DNA of 64,000 nucleotides from Thermoplasmata archaeon (GCA_034667685.1 JAXDQU010000124.1:1-64000); one strand, 5' to 3'; counted from the first letter of the stretch, positions 55,217 through 63,740 are shown. Numbers and translations: made by a program. The notes: generated from the sequence alone by a model not told the origin.

Positions 55217-56196
55217 CCACGTACGCCGAGATCGCCGCGAAGCTGCGCACCCTGCAAGCCGAGGTCGCCAAGGTGGTCGTGGGCAAGGAGGCCGTGCTGG
55301 AGCGCGCCTGCCTCGCCCTCGCCGCCGAAGGCCACGTCCTGCTGGAGGACAACCCGGGCCTCGCCAAGACGCTCATGGTCAAGTCGTTCTCCCAGGCGCT
55401 CGGCATTCCGTTCCGCCGCGTGCAGTTCACGCCCGACCTGCTGCCCGCTGATATCACCGGCTCGTTCTTCTTCAACCTGCAGGCCAACAAGTTCGAGATC
55501 CGGAAGGGGCCCATCTTCACGAGCTTCCTGCTCGCGGACGAGATCAACCGCGCGCCGCCCAAGACGCAGAGCGCGCTTCTCGAGGCGATGCAGGAGCGCC
55601 AGACGACGCTCGAAGGCGAGACGCACGCGCTGCCCAGCCCCTTCTTCGTCTTCGCCACGCAGAACCCCATCGAGATCGAGGGCACCTACCCGCTCCCCGA
55701 GGCGCAGCTCGACCGGTTCCTGATGCGCCTCTCCGTGGGCTACCCGAGCCCGGCGGCCGAGGTCGAGATGCTGCGCCGCCGGGACGCCGCGAAGCAGGAC
55801 GAGACCAAGCTCGCGCCCGTGATGAGCGTGGAGGAGCTTCGCGCGATCCAGCGCGCGACGGAGCAGGTGCGCCTCGACGACGCGAACAAGGAGTACATCG
55901 TGCGGCTCGTCAATGCCACGCGGCAGGACCCGCGCCTTCAGCTTGGCGCCTCGCCGCGCGGGAGCCTCGCGCTCTTCAAGCTCGGCAAGGCGCACGCGAT
56001 GATGCAGGGGCGCGGCTACGTCGTGCCCGACGATATCAAGGCGATCGCCGAGGCGGCGCTCGCGCATCGCCTCGTGGTGCGCCCCGAGATGCGCGTGCGG
56101 GGCCTACGCGCCGAGCAGGTCGTGCAGGAGGCGCTGCGCAGCGTGCCCGCCCCCGCGCCGCCGGCCCCGACCTCGTTCGGCGTGGCGGGAGGCTGA
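55213..56196 (+). CDS. moxR: MoxR-family AAA+ ATPase
   Basis: DNPGLAKT, VQFTPDLLPADITG, LADEINRAPPKTQSALLEAMQE, YPLPEAQLDRF. Confidence 0.95.
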   Translation: MTTYAEIAAKLRTLQAEVAKVVVGKEAVLERACLALAAEGHVLLEDNPGLAKTLMVKSFSQALGIPFRRVQFTPDLLPADITGSFFFNLQANKFEIRKGPIFTSFLLADEINRAPPKTQSALLEAMQERQTTLEGETHALPSPFFVFATQNPIEIEGTYPLPEAQLDRFLMRLSVGYPSPAAEVEMLRRRDAAKQDETKLAPVMSVEELRAIQRATEQVRLDDANKEYIVRLVNATRQDPRLQLGASPRGSLALFKLGKAHAMMQGRGYVVPDDIKAIAEAALAHRLVVRPEMRVRGLRAEQVVQEALRSVPAPAPPAPTSFGVAGG

Positions 56197-56198
56197 AG

Positions 56199-57464
56199 TT
56201 GCTCACGCGCAAGGGCGCGCTGCTGGCGGCCGCGCTCGTGGGCGTCGTCTCGCTGGCGCTCCTGGCGCGCTCGTGGGTGCTGGCGCTCGCCGCGCTCCCG
56301 CTGCTCGCCGCCTTCGGCGCCGGGCTCGCCCGCGCGCTGCTGCCCGCGCCGCGCCCCGTGGCCCGCGCCGAGCATGCGCCCGAGCGCGCGCTGGCGGGCG
56401 ACGAGGCTGATATCACGGTCGTCGTGCGGGGCGCGCGGACGGGGCTCTGCGAGGTCGCCTTCCAGCCGCACCCCTTCCTCGAGCTGGAGAAAGGCGCCCC
56501 CGTCGCCCTGCGCCCGCTCTCGCCGCGCGACCCGGCGCGCTTCGACCTGCGCCTGAAGACCGCCGTGCGCGGGCGCGTGCCCCTGGGCGAGGCCGTCGCG
56601 CGCGAGCGGAGCCTCTTCGGCGTGCTCTCACGCGAGGGGCGCGCGCACGTCGAGCGGGAGGTCGTCGTGCTCCCGCGCTGGGAGCCGCTGCCCGAGATCC
56701 GCTGGCTCGCGCGGCGCCCTCGCGCGCTCCCCGTGGGCACCAGCATCGCGCGGCCCGGCGCGGGCGACGAGTTCTACGCGCTGCGCCAGTACCTCCCCGG
56801 CGACCCGATCGACAGCGTGAACTGGAAGCAGACCGCGAAGCTGGGCCGCCCGATCGTCAACGAGCACGAGCTGCAGGCGCCGGCGGACGTCCTCGTGGCG
56901 CTCGACGCGCGGGTGAGCGTGCACGCGGGGGCGGGCTATCATTCCACCTTCGAGGCCGCCGTCCGCGCGTGCGTCTCGATCAGCGAGCGCGCGCTGGCCT
57001 CCCGCGCCAAGGTCGGCCTGCTCGTGCTGGGCGCCCGCCTCGCGTGGATCCACCCCGCGCACGGCCGCCGCCAGCAGGAGAAGATCGTCGAGCACCTGCT
57101 CTCGGCCTTCCCGGGCGGCGACTACGACCTCGCCGACGCTTTGCTATCGCTTCCCCCGACCGTCGTCCCGCGCGCGGCCACCGTCGTCCTCGTCACGACG
57201 GGGTACGGGGACGCGCGGCTCCCGCGCGCGGTCGAGACGTTCGCGGCCTCCGGCGTGCGCGCGGTGCTCGTCGCCGTCTCCCCCGAGGCGTGCGAGATGG
57301 CCTCGGGCGACCTCACGCCGCAGGGCGAGGCCGCGGCGCGCGTGCTCATGGCGGAGCGGACGCGCTGGCTCGACGCGCTGCGCGGCGCGGGCGCCGACGT
57401 CGTCGCGTGGGACCCGCGCCAGCCGCTCGCGATCCCGCTCTCGCTCCTGGAGGCGCGCCGGTGA
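56199..57464 (+). CDS. DUF58 domain protein
   Basis: GDEFYALRQYLPGDP...VNWKQTAK...VNEHE. Confidence 0.9.
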   Translation: MLTRKGALLAAALVGVVSLALLARSWVLALAALPLLAAFGAGLARALLPAPRPVARAEHAPERALAGDEADITVVVRGARTGLCEVAFQPHPFLELEKGAPVALRPLSPRDPARFDLRLKTAVRGRVPLGEAVARERSLFGVLSREGRAHVEREVVVLPRWEPLPEIRWLARRPRALPVGTSIARPGAGDEFYALRQYLPGDPIDSVNWKQTAKLGRPIVNEHELQAPADVLVALDARVSVHAGAGYHSTFEAAVRACVSISERALASRAKVGLLVLGARLAWIHPAHGRRQQEKIVEHLLSAFPGGDYDLADALLSLPPTVVPRAATVVLVTTGYGDARLPRAVETFAASGVRAVLVAVSPEACEMASGDLTPQGEAAARVLMAERTRWLDALRGAGADVVAWDPRQPLAIPLSLLEARR

Positions 57465-58198
57465 GGACGCCCCCGCTCGTCCCCGCGCTCGCCCTCGCGC
57501 TCGCGTTCGCCGCGGCGGGCGGGATCGCGCAGGCGGGGCCCGACCTCGGCGCGTGGACCCAGCCCGCCCTCGTCGCGGGGCTCGCGTTCGCGCTGGGCCT
57601 CGCCGCGTCGTTCGCCCTCGCCCTCCTCGCCTCGCGCGACCCGGAGCGCGGCTGGGCCCTCTCGCGCCCCGCAGGCCTGGGCATCCTCGTCGTCGCGGGC
57701 GTCGCCGGCTTCCTCGCGGGCGTCGGGCCAGGCGCCGCGCTCGCCTCGGGCCTGGGCGCCGGCTGGCTCGCGGGGCGCAAGGGCGTGCATGCCTCCGACG
57801 TCGCGTTCCTGGGCGCCGCGGGGCTCGTCGCGGCCGGCGTGGCGCTCCAGCCCTCCGCGTGGAATGATAGCACGACGTTCCTCGCGCCCGCGGCGACGGT
57901 GGCGCTGGCCCTCGCGGCGCGCGAGGCGTGGGACCTCGCGGACCTGCGCCGCGCCGCCCGCGAGCGCGCGATCGACGCGCCGGTGGACGACCGATCGTGG
58001 GGCGCGCTCCTCGCGGCGCTCGTGGTCCTCGCGGGCGCCACGCTGGCGGGGCTCGTCCTGGGTCTCACGCGGGACGCGTGGCAGGCGTTGGGCCTGAGCG
58101 ATATCTCGATCCGCATCGGGGCCGCGACGATCCTGCTCGCTTCGGTGGTCGGGCTCGCGCGGCTGTTCCTGCCGGCGCGGACGCGCGCGAGGGGCTGA
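57461..58198 (+). CDS. Polytopic membrane protein
   Basis: GTGA overlap with GGAGG upstream; about seven TM helices. Confidence 0.7.
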   Translation: MRTPPLVPALALALAFAAAGGIAQAGPDLGAWTQPALVAGLAFALGLAASFALALLASRDPERGWALSRPAGLGILVVAGVAGFLAGVGPGAALASGLGAGWLAGRKGVHASDVAFLGAAGLVAAGVALQPSAWNDSTTFLAPAATVALALAAREAWDLADLRRAARERAIDAPVDDRSWGALLAALVVLAGATLAGLVLGLTRDAWQALGLSDISIRIGAATILLASVVGLARLFLPARTRARG

Positions 58199-58209
58199 GG
58201 GCCCCCGGC

Positions 58210-59268
58210 TCACTCGTTCTCCGGGCCTTTGGCGGCCGTCTCGCGCAGCGGCACCACGACGTATCGGCTCCCCGCGCCGACGCCTTCCCGCCGGAGGAAA
58301 CCCAGGTCCTCGAGCTCGGCGAGGCGACGGATCACCGTTCGGCGGCTGTCGTCGAGGAAGACGTCGCGCACGTCGCCCAGGCGGAACCTGTCGACGCGGT
58401 GGACGTAGGCGTGCTCCAGAAGGCGCCGCGAGGAGGCAGGGACCTTGGGGGGGATCCGCTGGAGCCTCTGCGCGAGAAGGTGCGCGCGCTGGTAGCCATG
58501 GTGGAGCTGCGCGCCGAAGTAGCCAACCCAATACTCGAGGTCGCCCGCGTCGCCGCGCGCGAGCGCGAGGTAGTACTCTTGCCGATCTTCGTTGATCGCG
58601 TCGTCGACCGGCGCGTAACGGATGCCTTCCAGCCCTCCGGCGGACAGGAGAAAGAGCGCCGCGAGCCGGCCCACGCGACCGTTGCCGTCGCCGAAGGGGT
58701 GGATGCGTTGGAAGCCGTGGAAGAAGATCGCGGCGCGCGCGACGAGCGGAAGCTTGCCTCGCGTCCGATTGTACCAGGAGAGCAGGCTCTCGAGGTCTTC
58801 CTCGGTCCGCTCCCTGGGCGAGGTTTCGAGCGTCCGCCACGGCGTGGCGACGACGTTGTCACGCTCCTTCCATCGTCCCGGCCGCGCTTCGTTCTGCAGC
58901 GGCACCTCGCGGAAATACTCCTGGTGGAGCAGCCGGACGTCCTCGGCGCTCGCGTCGAAGTCGCTCGTGGGCAGGTCCTCGACGAGGCGGAAGTAGTTGA
59001 TGACCTCGCGCTCGGTGGGCAGGATCTTGGTCGCGCCGGCCGCGCCGCGCTCGTAGGCTTCGTAGAGCGCCTCGACGCGGGCGAGCTCGATGGGACCGGC
59101 GTCGATGTTGGTGGTGCCCCAGGAGTTGCGGATGAGCGCGTAGCGGTAGAGGCTCCGGCGCACGTCCGTGGTGAAGGCGTCGCTGGGAAGGAGCTTGTCG
59201 AGCCGCTCGATCCGAGACTCCGTCTCCTCGTGGAACGGAGTCGCCACGAAATCCTCGCGCGGCACCAT
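58210..59268 (-). CDS. Fic-domain protein with C-terminal winged helix
   Basis: IHPFGDGNGRVGR; C-terminal SRRTVIRRLAELEDLGFL...GSRY; start at 59268 or 59280. Confidence 0.92.
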   Translation of the reverse strand: MVPREDFVATPFHEETESRIERLDKLLPSDAFTTDVRRSLYRYALIRNSWGTTNIDAGPIELARVEALYEAYERGAAGATKILPTEREVINYFRLVEDLPTSDFDASAEDVRLLHQEYFREVPLQNEARPGRWKERDNVVATPWRTLETSPRERTEEDLESLLSWYNRTRGKLPLVARAAIFFHGFQRIHPFGDGNGRVGRLAALFLLSAGGLEGIRYAPVDDAINEDRQEYYLALARGDAGDLEYWVGYFGAQLHHGYQRAHLLAQRLQRIPPKVPASSRRLLEHAYVHRVDRFRLGDVRDVFLDDSRRTVIRRLAELEDLGFLRREGVGAGSRYVVVPLRETAAKGPENE

Positions 59269-59278
59269 CAAAGGTGAC

Positions 59279-59334
59279 ATTGTGCCATTATAGTATAAGA
59301 ACATTCGCCATCAATGGCACAATCTTTGGTGCCA
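59279..59334 (-). promoter_or_regulatory. AT-rich fic promoter with inverted-repeat operator
   Basis: ATTGTGCCAT (59279-59288) and ATGGCACAAT (59314-59323) flank CTTATACTATA; also TGGCAC-N8-GTGCCA. Confidence 0.65.
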
Positions 59335-59346
59335 AGGTGGGGCACC

Positions 59347-60306
59347 TCAGCCCGCGATCGGCCCAAGCTCCTTCGCGAGCGCCGCCGCGGTGAGGCGGAT
59401 CGCCTCGGCGCTGCCGTGCCTGGGCTTCCAGCCGAGCTTCTTGATCTTCTCGTTGGCGAGGCCCATGCGGCGCACGTCGCCCTTCCAGCCGCCCGAGCCC
59501 GCCGCGCCCGTCGCGACGAGCTGGACGTCCTTCAGCCCCCACGCGGAGATGGCGGCGCGCGCCAGGTCGAAGACGTCGATGGCGTCATCGCTGCCGATGT
59601 TGTAGGCGTCGTAGCGCTCCGGGAAGCGCTCGGCGGCGAAGAGCATCGCGCTCACGCAGTCGTCCACGTGGCAGTAGCTCTTGAGCTGCTTGCCGTCGCC
59701 GAGGATCTCCAGGCGCTTCGGGCTCGCCTTGAGCTTGTGGTAGAAGTCGTAGGTGACGCCGTGCGTGGAGCGCGGGCCGACGATGTTCGCGAAGCGGAAC
59801 GAGAGCCCCTGCATGTCGAACGTGCTGCAGTACGCGCTGATGAGCGCCTCGCTGCCCAGCTTGGAGGCGCCGTAGAGGCTGATCGGGTGGAGCGGCGCGT
59901 ACTCCTCCGGCGTCGGGATCGTCTTCGCCTCGCCGTAGACCGTGCTCGTGCTGGTGAACGCGATGCGCTTGACGCCCGCGACGCGCATGGCCTCCAGCAC
60001 GCGCAGCGTCGCGATGACGTTCTGCTGCACGTGGACCTCGGCGCGCAGGCCGCTGGTCCGCACGTCCGGGTCGGCCGCGACGTGCCAGACGATGTGCGCG
60101 CCCTTCATCGCGATGGCGGCGTCGGCCGTGTCGAGCACGTCGGCGTGCACGAAATGATAGCGCGGGTCGCCCTTGTGCGCGGCGAGGAACGACTCCTTGC
60201 CGGCGCTCAGGTTGTCGTAGACGACGACCTCGTCGCCGCGCGCCAGGAGAGCGTCCACGAGGTGGCTTCCGATGAAGCCCGCGCCACCTGTCACGACGTG
60301 ACGCAT
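59347..60306 (-). CDS. NAD-dependent nucleotide-sugar epimerase/dehydratase
   Basis: TGGAGFIG, STSTVYG, YGASK, RFANIVG. Confidence 0.93.
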   Translation of the reverse strand: MRHVVTGGAGFIGSHLVDALLARGDEVVVYDNLSAGKESFLAAHKGDPRYHFVHADVLDTADAAIAMKGAHIVWHVAADPDVRTSGLRAEVHVQQNVIATLRVLEAMRVAGVKRIAFTSTSTVYGEAKTIPTPEEYAPLHPISLYGASKLGSEALISAYCSTFDMQGLSFRFANIVGPRSTHGVTYDFYHKLKASPKRLEILGDGKQLKSYCHVDDCVSAMLFAAERFPERYDAYNIGSDDAIDVFDLARAAISAWGLKDVQLVATGAAGSGGWKGDVRRMGLANEKIKKLGWKPRHGSAEAIRLTAAALAKELGPIAG

Positions 60307-61233
60307 CTAGCGCCACCCGCGCCGGTTGCCGAAGTCACCACCGGGGCGGCGGTCGTCGCGCGGGGGCGGGGCGCGGTCCTCGCGGGGCTGCCACTTGCCC
60401 TTGCCGGGGGGCGGGCCGCGCTTGTCCTCGCGGGGGCGGAAGCCGCCGCCACCGCCGCCTTCGCGCTTCTGGAAGCCGCCCTGCTGGCGCGGGCGCTCGT
60501 CGCGGCGCTGCTCGTAACGCGGCCGCTCCTCGCGGCGCTCCTGCTGCGGTTGGGGCTGCGGGCGCTTCCTGCCCGTGCCGGGGCGCAGGACGAGCGCCGC
60601 GTGGTCGCGCTCGAAGGGCCCGAGGTCGATGCTGTCGACGACCTCGTAGCCGCTGCGCTCCTCGACCTCGCGGGCGACCTGCTCGTAGACCTCGCGCGGG
60701 TGCGCGGCGACGTTCACGCTGCGCGCCTTCACCGCGATCATCGCCACGTCGGGCTTGAACGCCTCGATGTTCTTGGCGAAGATGGCGGCCTGCTGGCGCT
60801 GCGCGATGTCCTGGAAGAGGAAGTCCACGTGGCCGACGTAGCGCTCGTAGAGCTCGGGGCGCCAGGCGTCCGCGAGCACGGGCACGATGTTGGCGCGCGG
60901 CTCGCTCATGCGCAGCAGGTCGCGGAAGCTACGCGGGCTGAACTCGACGGCGACCATCGTGCCTTCGCGGACGATGTCGCTGACGTGCGAGGGCGTCGTG
61001 CCGTTCGCGGCGCCGAGGTACACGATGGTGCTGTTCGCGCGCAGCTCGACGGCGCGGCCGCCCTTCACGAGGTACGCGCCCAGCTTGCTCTTCGTGGGGT
61101 TCCACGTGCGGAACTCGGCGCCCTCGACGGTGTGCAGTTCCTCGTCGTAGACGCGCTGACCGGGCACGAGGCTGCGCGAGAGGATGCGTCCGTCGTCGAA
61201 CGCGATGACGTTGGGCAGGAGCTCGCGCGCCAT
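60307..61233 (-). CDS. flpA: Fibrillarin (box C/D RNA 2'-O-methyltransferase) with 90-aa C-terminal extension
   Basis: VYDE, WNPTKSKLGA, YLGAANGTTPSHVSDIV, VEFS, QDIAQ, IKA-like VKARSV, PFERDHA. Confidence 0.95.
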   Translation of the reverse strand: MARELLPNVIAFDDGRILSRSLVPGQRVYDEELHTVEGAEFRTWNPTKSKLGAYLVKGGRAVELRANSTIVYLGAANGTTPSHVSDIVREGTMVAVEFSPRSFRDLLRMSEPRANIVPVLADAWRPELYERYVGHVDFLFQDIAQRQQAAIFAKNIEAFKPDVAMIAVKARSVNVAAHPREVYEQVAREVEERSGYEVVDSIDLGPFERDHAALVLRPGTGRKRPQPQPQQERREERPRYEQRRDERPRQQGGFQKREGGGGGGFRPREDKRGPPPGKGKWQPREDRAPPPRDDRRPGGDFGNRRGWR

Positions 61234-62402
61234 CAGCGGCCACCCCCGCGGAACTTGGCCTTGCCTTGGAAGCCGCCGCCTCCGAAGCCTCCGCCGCCGC
61301 CACCGCGCGGGGGACCCTGCGGGCGTCCGGTGAAGCCGGCCTTCTTCTGCTTGATGCGCTTCATGCGCTGGCCCTTCTCCTTCAGCGCTTCGGCGCGCTT
61401 GGCGAACTCCTCCGCGAGGCGCGCGCCGCTCTCCTTGCTCTTGGTGAACACGTCCGCGCGGGCCGCGAGCGCGACCTTCGCCGCGAGGCTGCGCGCGAGG
61501 GCGCCGCGCTGGTGGCGGGGGGCACGGTGGACGAGCGGGTGCTGCATGAGGAAGCCGTGCTTGGGGGGGCGCTTGCCCTCCTTGATGTGGCGGAAGAGCG
61601 CCTTCTCGGCGCCCAAGGTCTGGATGGTGCCCGCGGGCATCGTGGCGAGGCGACGGATGCCGCCGGCCTGCTTCACCATGCGCGCCGCGAGGACGGGCTG
61701 GAGCAGCACCGACACGTTGGGCGCCACCTCGGGCATCGCCTGGTCGAGGTACTTCTCCAGCTCGGCGCGCGTGCTGTAGAGGGTGCTCGCGGTGCGCGCG
61801 AGCTGGCGCACGGCGGCCTGCTCCAGCTCGGGCAGGGGGCCGCCCATGCTGGAGGCGATCTTGTATTGCGGCTGCGCGGCCATGATCGCGTCGCGGTCCG
61901 CGTGGCTGGAGATCAGCGCGGCGACCTCCTCGTTGGGCTGCGAGGCGTCGACCATCTCGGGGAAGTGGAGGCCGTACCACTCGCGGAGGCGCTCCACGAG
62001 GATGTTGGCCTGCTCGTGCAGTTCGTCGATGGCGTCCACGGCCTGCACGACGTGCATGTCGCGCTTGGACGACGCCGTGCGCACGCCGCTGCGGCCCAGC
62101 TCCATCGTGGCCTGGTGGAGCAGCTTGCGGTCGTAGCCGTACTGCGCGGCCTGGTCGGCCATGCTGGGCGCCTTCGTGACGTGCTTCGCGGAGGGCAGGC
62201 GCACTTGGCGCATCTCGCGGACCTGCACGTCGCCCTCGGCGCGCACGGCGAGCTGGCGCTCCTCCTCCAGGATCATCCCGTCCTGGAGGCGCTGGAGGAT
62301 GGTGGCGAGCGCGGCGGCGTCCTTGGGGAAGAGCCGCTCCTCCTTGACGGAGCCGTCCTCGGCGAGGAGGAACGCGCCGAACCACTCGGTGATCAGGAAC
62401 AT
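61233..62402 (-). CDS. nop5: Nop5 (Nop56/58) box C/D RNP protein
   Basis: ERLREWYGLHFPE, APNV, IQTLGAEKALFRH, PPKHG, RSLAAKVALAARAD; TATA CTTTATAC upstream. Confidence 0.95.
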   Translation of the reverse strand: MFLITEWFGAFLLAEDGSVKEERLFPKDAAALATILQRLQDGMILEEERQLAVRAEGDVQVREMRQVRLPSAKHVTKAPSMADQAAQYGYDRKLLHQATMELGRSGVRTASSKRDMHVVQAVDAIDELHEQANILVERLREWYGLHFPEMVDASQPNEEVAALISSHADRDAIMAAQPQYKIASSMGGPLPELEQAAVRQLARTASTLYSTRAELEKYLDQAMPEVAPNVSVLLQPVLAARMVKQAGGIRRLATMPAGTIQTLGAEKALFRHIKEGKRPPKHGFLMQHPLVHRAPRHQRGALARSLAAKVALAARADVFTKSKESGARLAEEFAKRAEALKEKGQRMKRIKQKKAGFTGRPQGPPRGGGGGGFGGGGFQGKAKFRGGGR

Positions 62403-62435
62403 GACACGCGGGCAGACCCCATCTCCTGTATAAAG

Positions 62436-62556
62436 GGGAGGGCGGGGAGCACGGGGAGGCCGAGGGAGGCTTGGGGAGGCCGAGGGAGGCGAGGGGAGGC
62501 TGAGGGCGGAGAGGGGCACGTTCCCTCGCCTCCCTCAGCCTCCCTCAGCCTCCCTG
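62436..62556. repeat. Inverted repeat of GGGAGGCYGA decamers
   Basis: About six purine-arm units followed by three CCTCCCTCAG-type units. Confidence 0.8.
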
Positions 62557-62597
62557 CGCGGCAAGCCTTCAAGTGCCCCAGGTCGCGTGCGCCGCGC

Positions 62598-63680
62598 GTG
62601 CTCTACGACCTCGCCCGGCCCGTGCTCTTCCGCATGGACGCCGAGCGGATCCACGAGTTCATGGTCAGGCGCCTGGAGCGCTGGGGCCGGAGCGAGCGGA
62701 TCACGCGGTCGCTGCGCGCGCGCTACTTCATGGAGGACACGCGCCTCTCGCAGGACCTCTGGGGGCTGCGCTTCCCCAACCCGGTCGGGCTCGCGGCGGG
62801 CTTCGACAAGAACGCGCGCCTCGTGAACGCCATGCCGCACCTGGGCTTCGGCTTCGTGGAGGTCGGCACGGTCACGAGCGAGGCGCAGGCCGGGAACCCC
62901 AAGCCGCGCCTCTTCCGCCTGCCCCAGGACCGCGCGCTGATCAACCGGCTCGGGTTCAACAACGAGGGCGCCGACGCCGTGGCCGCGCGCCTGGCGAAGA
63001 GCGGCCCGCACGTCGTGCCCGTGGGCGTCAACATCGGCAAGGCGCGCCGCGTGCCCAACAGCGAGGCGACGCAGGACTACCTCCGCACGTTCGAGAGGCT
63101 CTCGCCCTACGGCGACTACTTCGTCGTCAACGTGAGCAGCCCGAACACGCCGGGCCTGCGCGACCTGCAGGCGCGCGACAGCATGGAGGACCTCGTCCGC
63201 GCGCTCAAGTCGAAGAACGCCGAGCTTGCGCGCGCGCAGGGCGCGAGGCCGCGGCCGCTGCTCGTGAAGATCGCGCCCGACCTCCAGCCCAAGGACCTCG
63301 AGGCGTTCGTCGAGGTGGCGAAGGCCGAGAAGCTCGACGGCATCATCGCGACGAACACGACCGTCACGCGCGCCGGCCTCAAGACGCAGATCCAGCAGGA
63401 GGGCGGGCTCTCGGGCGCGCCCCTGCGCGAGCGCGCGACGGCGATGATCCGCGAGGTCCACCGGCTCGCCGACGGGCGCATCCCGATCGTGGGCGTGGGC
63501 GGCGTCTTCACCGCCGAGGACGCCTGGGAGAAGATCCAGGCCGGCGCGAGCCTCGTGCAGCTCTACACGGGCTTCATCTACGGCGGCCCGGAGACGGCGC
63601 GCCAGATCAACGAGGGGCTCGTCGAATTGCTATCGGCGGCCGGCTACGAGCACGTGGCCGACGCGGTCGGGACGGGCTGA
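62598..63680 (+). CDS. pyrD: Quinone-dependent dihydroorotate dehydrogenase (class 2)
   Basis: GLAAGFDKN, GNPKPRLFRL, INRLGFNN, NVSSPNTPGLR, KIAPDL, GGLSG, VQLYTG. Confidence 0.95.
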   Translation: MLYDLARPVLFRMDAERIHEFMVRRLERWGRSERITRSLRARYFMEDTRLSQDLWGLRFPNPVGLAAGFDKNARLVNAMPHLGFGFVEVGTVTSEAQAGNPKPRLFRLPQDRALINRLGFNNEGADAVAARLAKSGPHVVPVGVNIGKARRVPNSEATQDYLRTFERLSPYGDYFVVNVSSPNTPGLRDLQARDSMEDLVRALKSKNAELARAQGARPRPLLVKIAPDLQPKDLEAFVEVAKAEKLDGIIATNTTVTRAGLKTQIQQEGGLSGAPLRERATAMIREVHRLADGRIPIVGVGGVFTAEDAWEKIQAGASLVQLYTGFIYGGPETARQINEGLVELLSAAGYEHVADAVGTG

Positions 63681-63700
63681 GCCGCAGTTCAACCGTCCTG

Positions 63701-63728
63701 ATAGGCCGGACCGAGGTCCGGCCGTGTG
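63701..63728. repeat. REP-like hairpin between convergent genes, related to 4042-4069
   Basis: ATAGGCCGGACC-GA-GGTCCGGCC-GTGTG. Confidence 0.65.
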
Positions 63729-63740
63729 GGCGGCGGCTGA

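Noticed and set aside
58198-59347. Provirus or integrative element around fic
   Set aside because: No integrase, att repeats or tRNA; only a single gene
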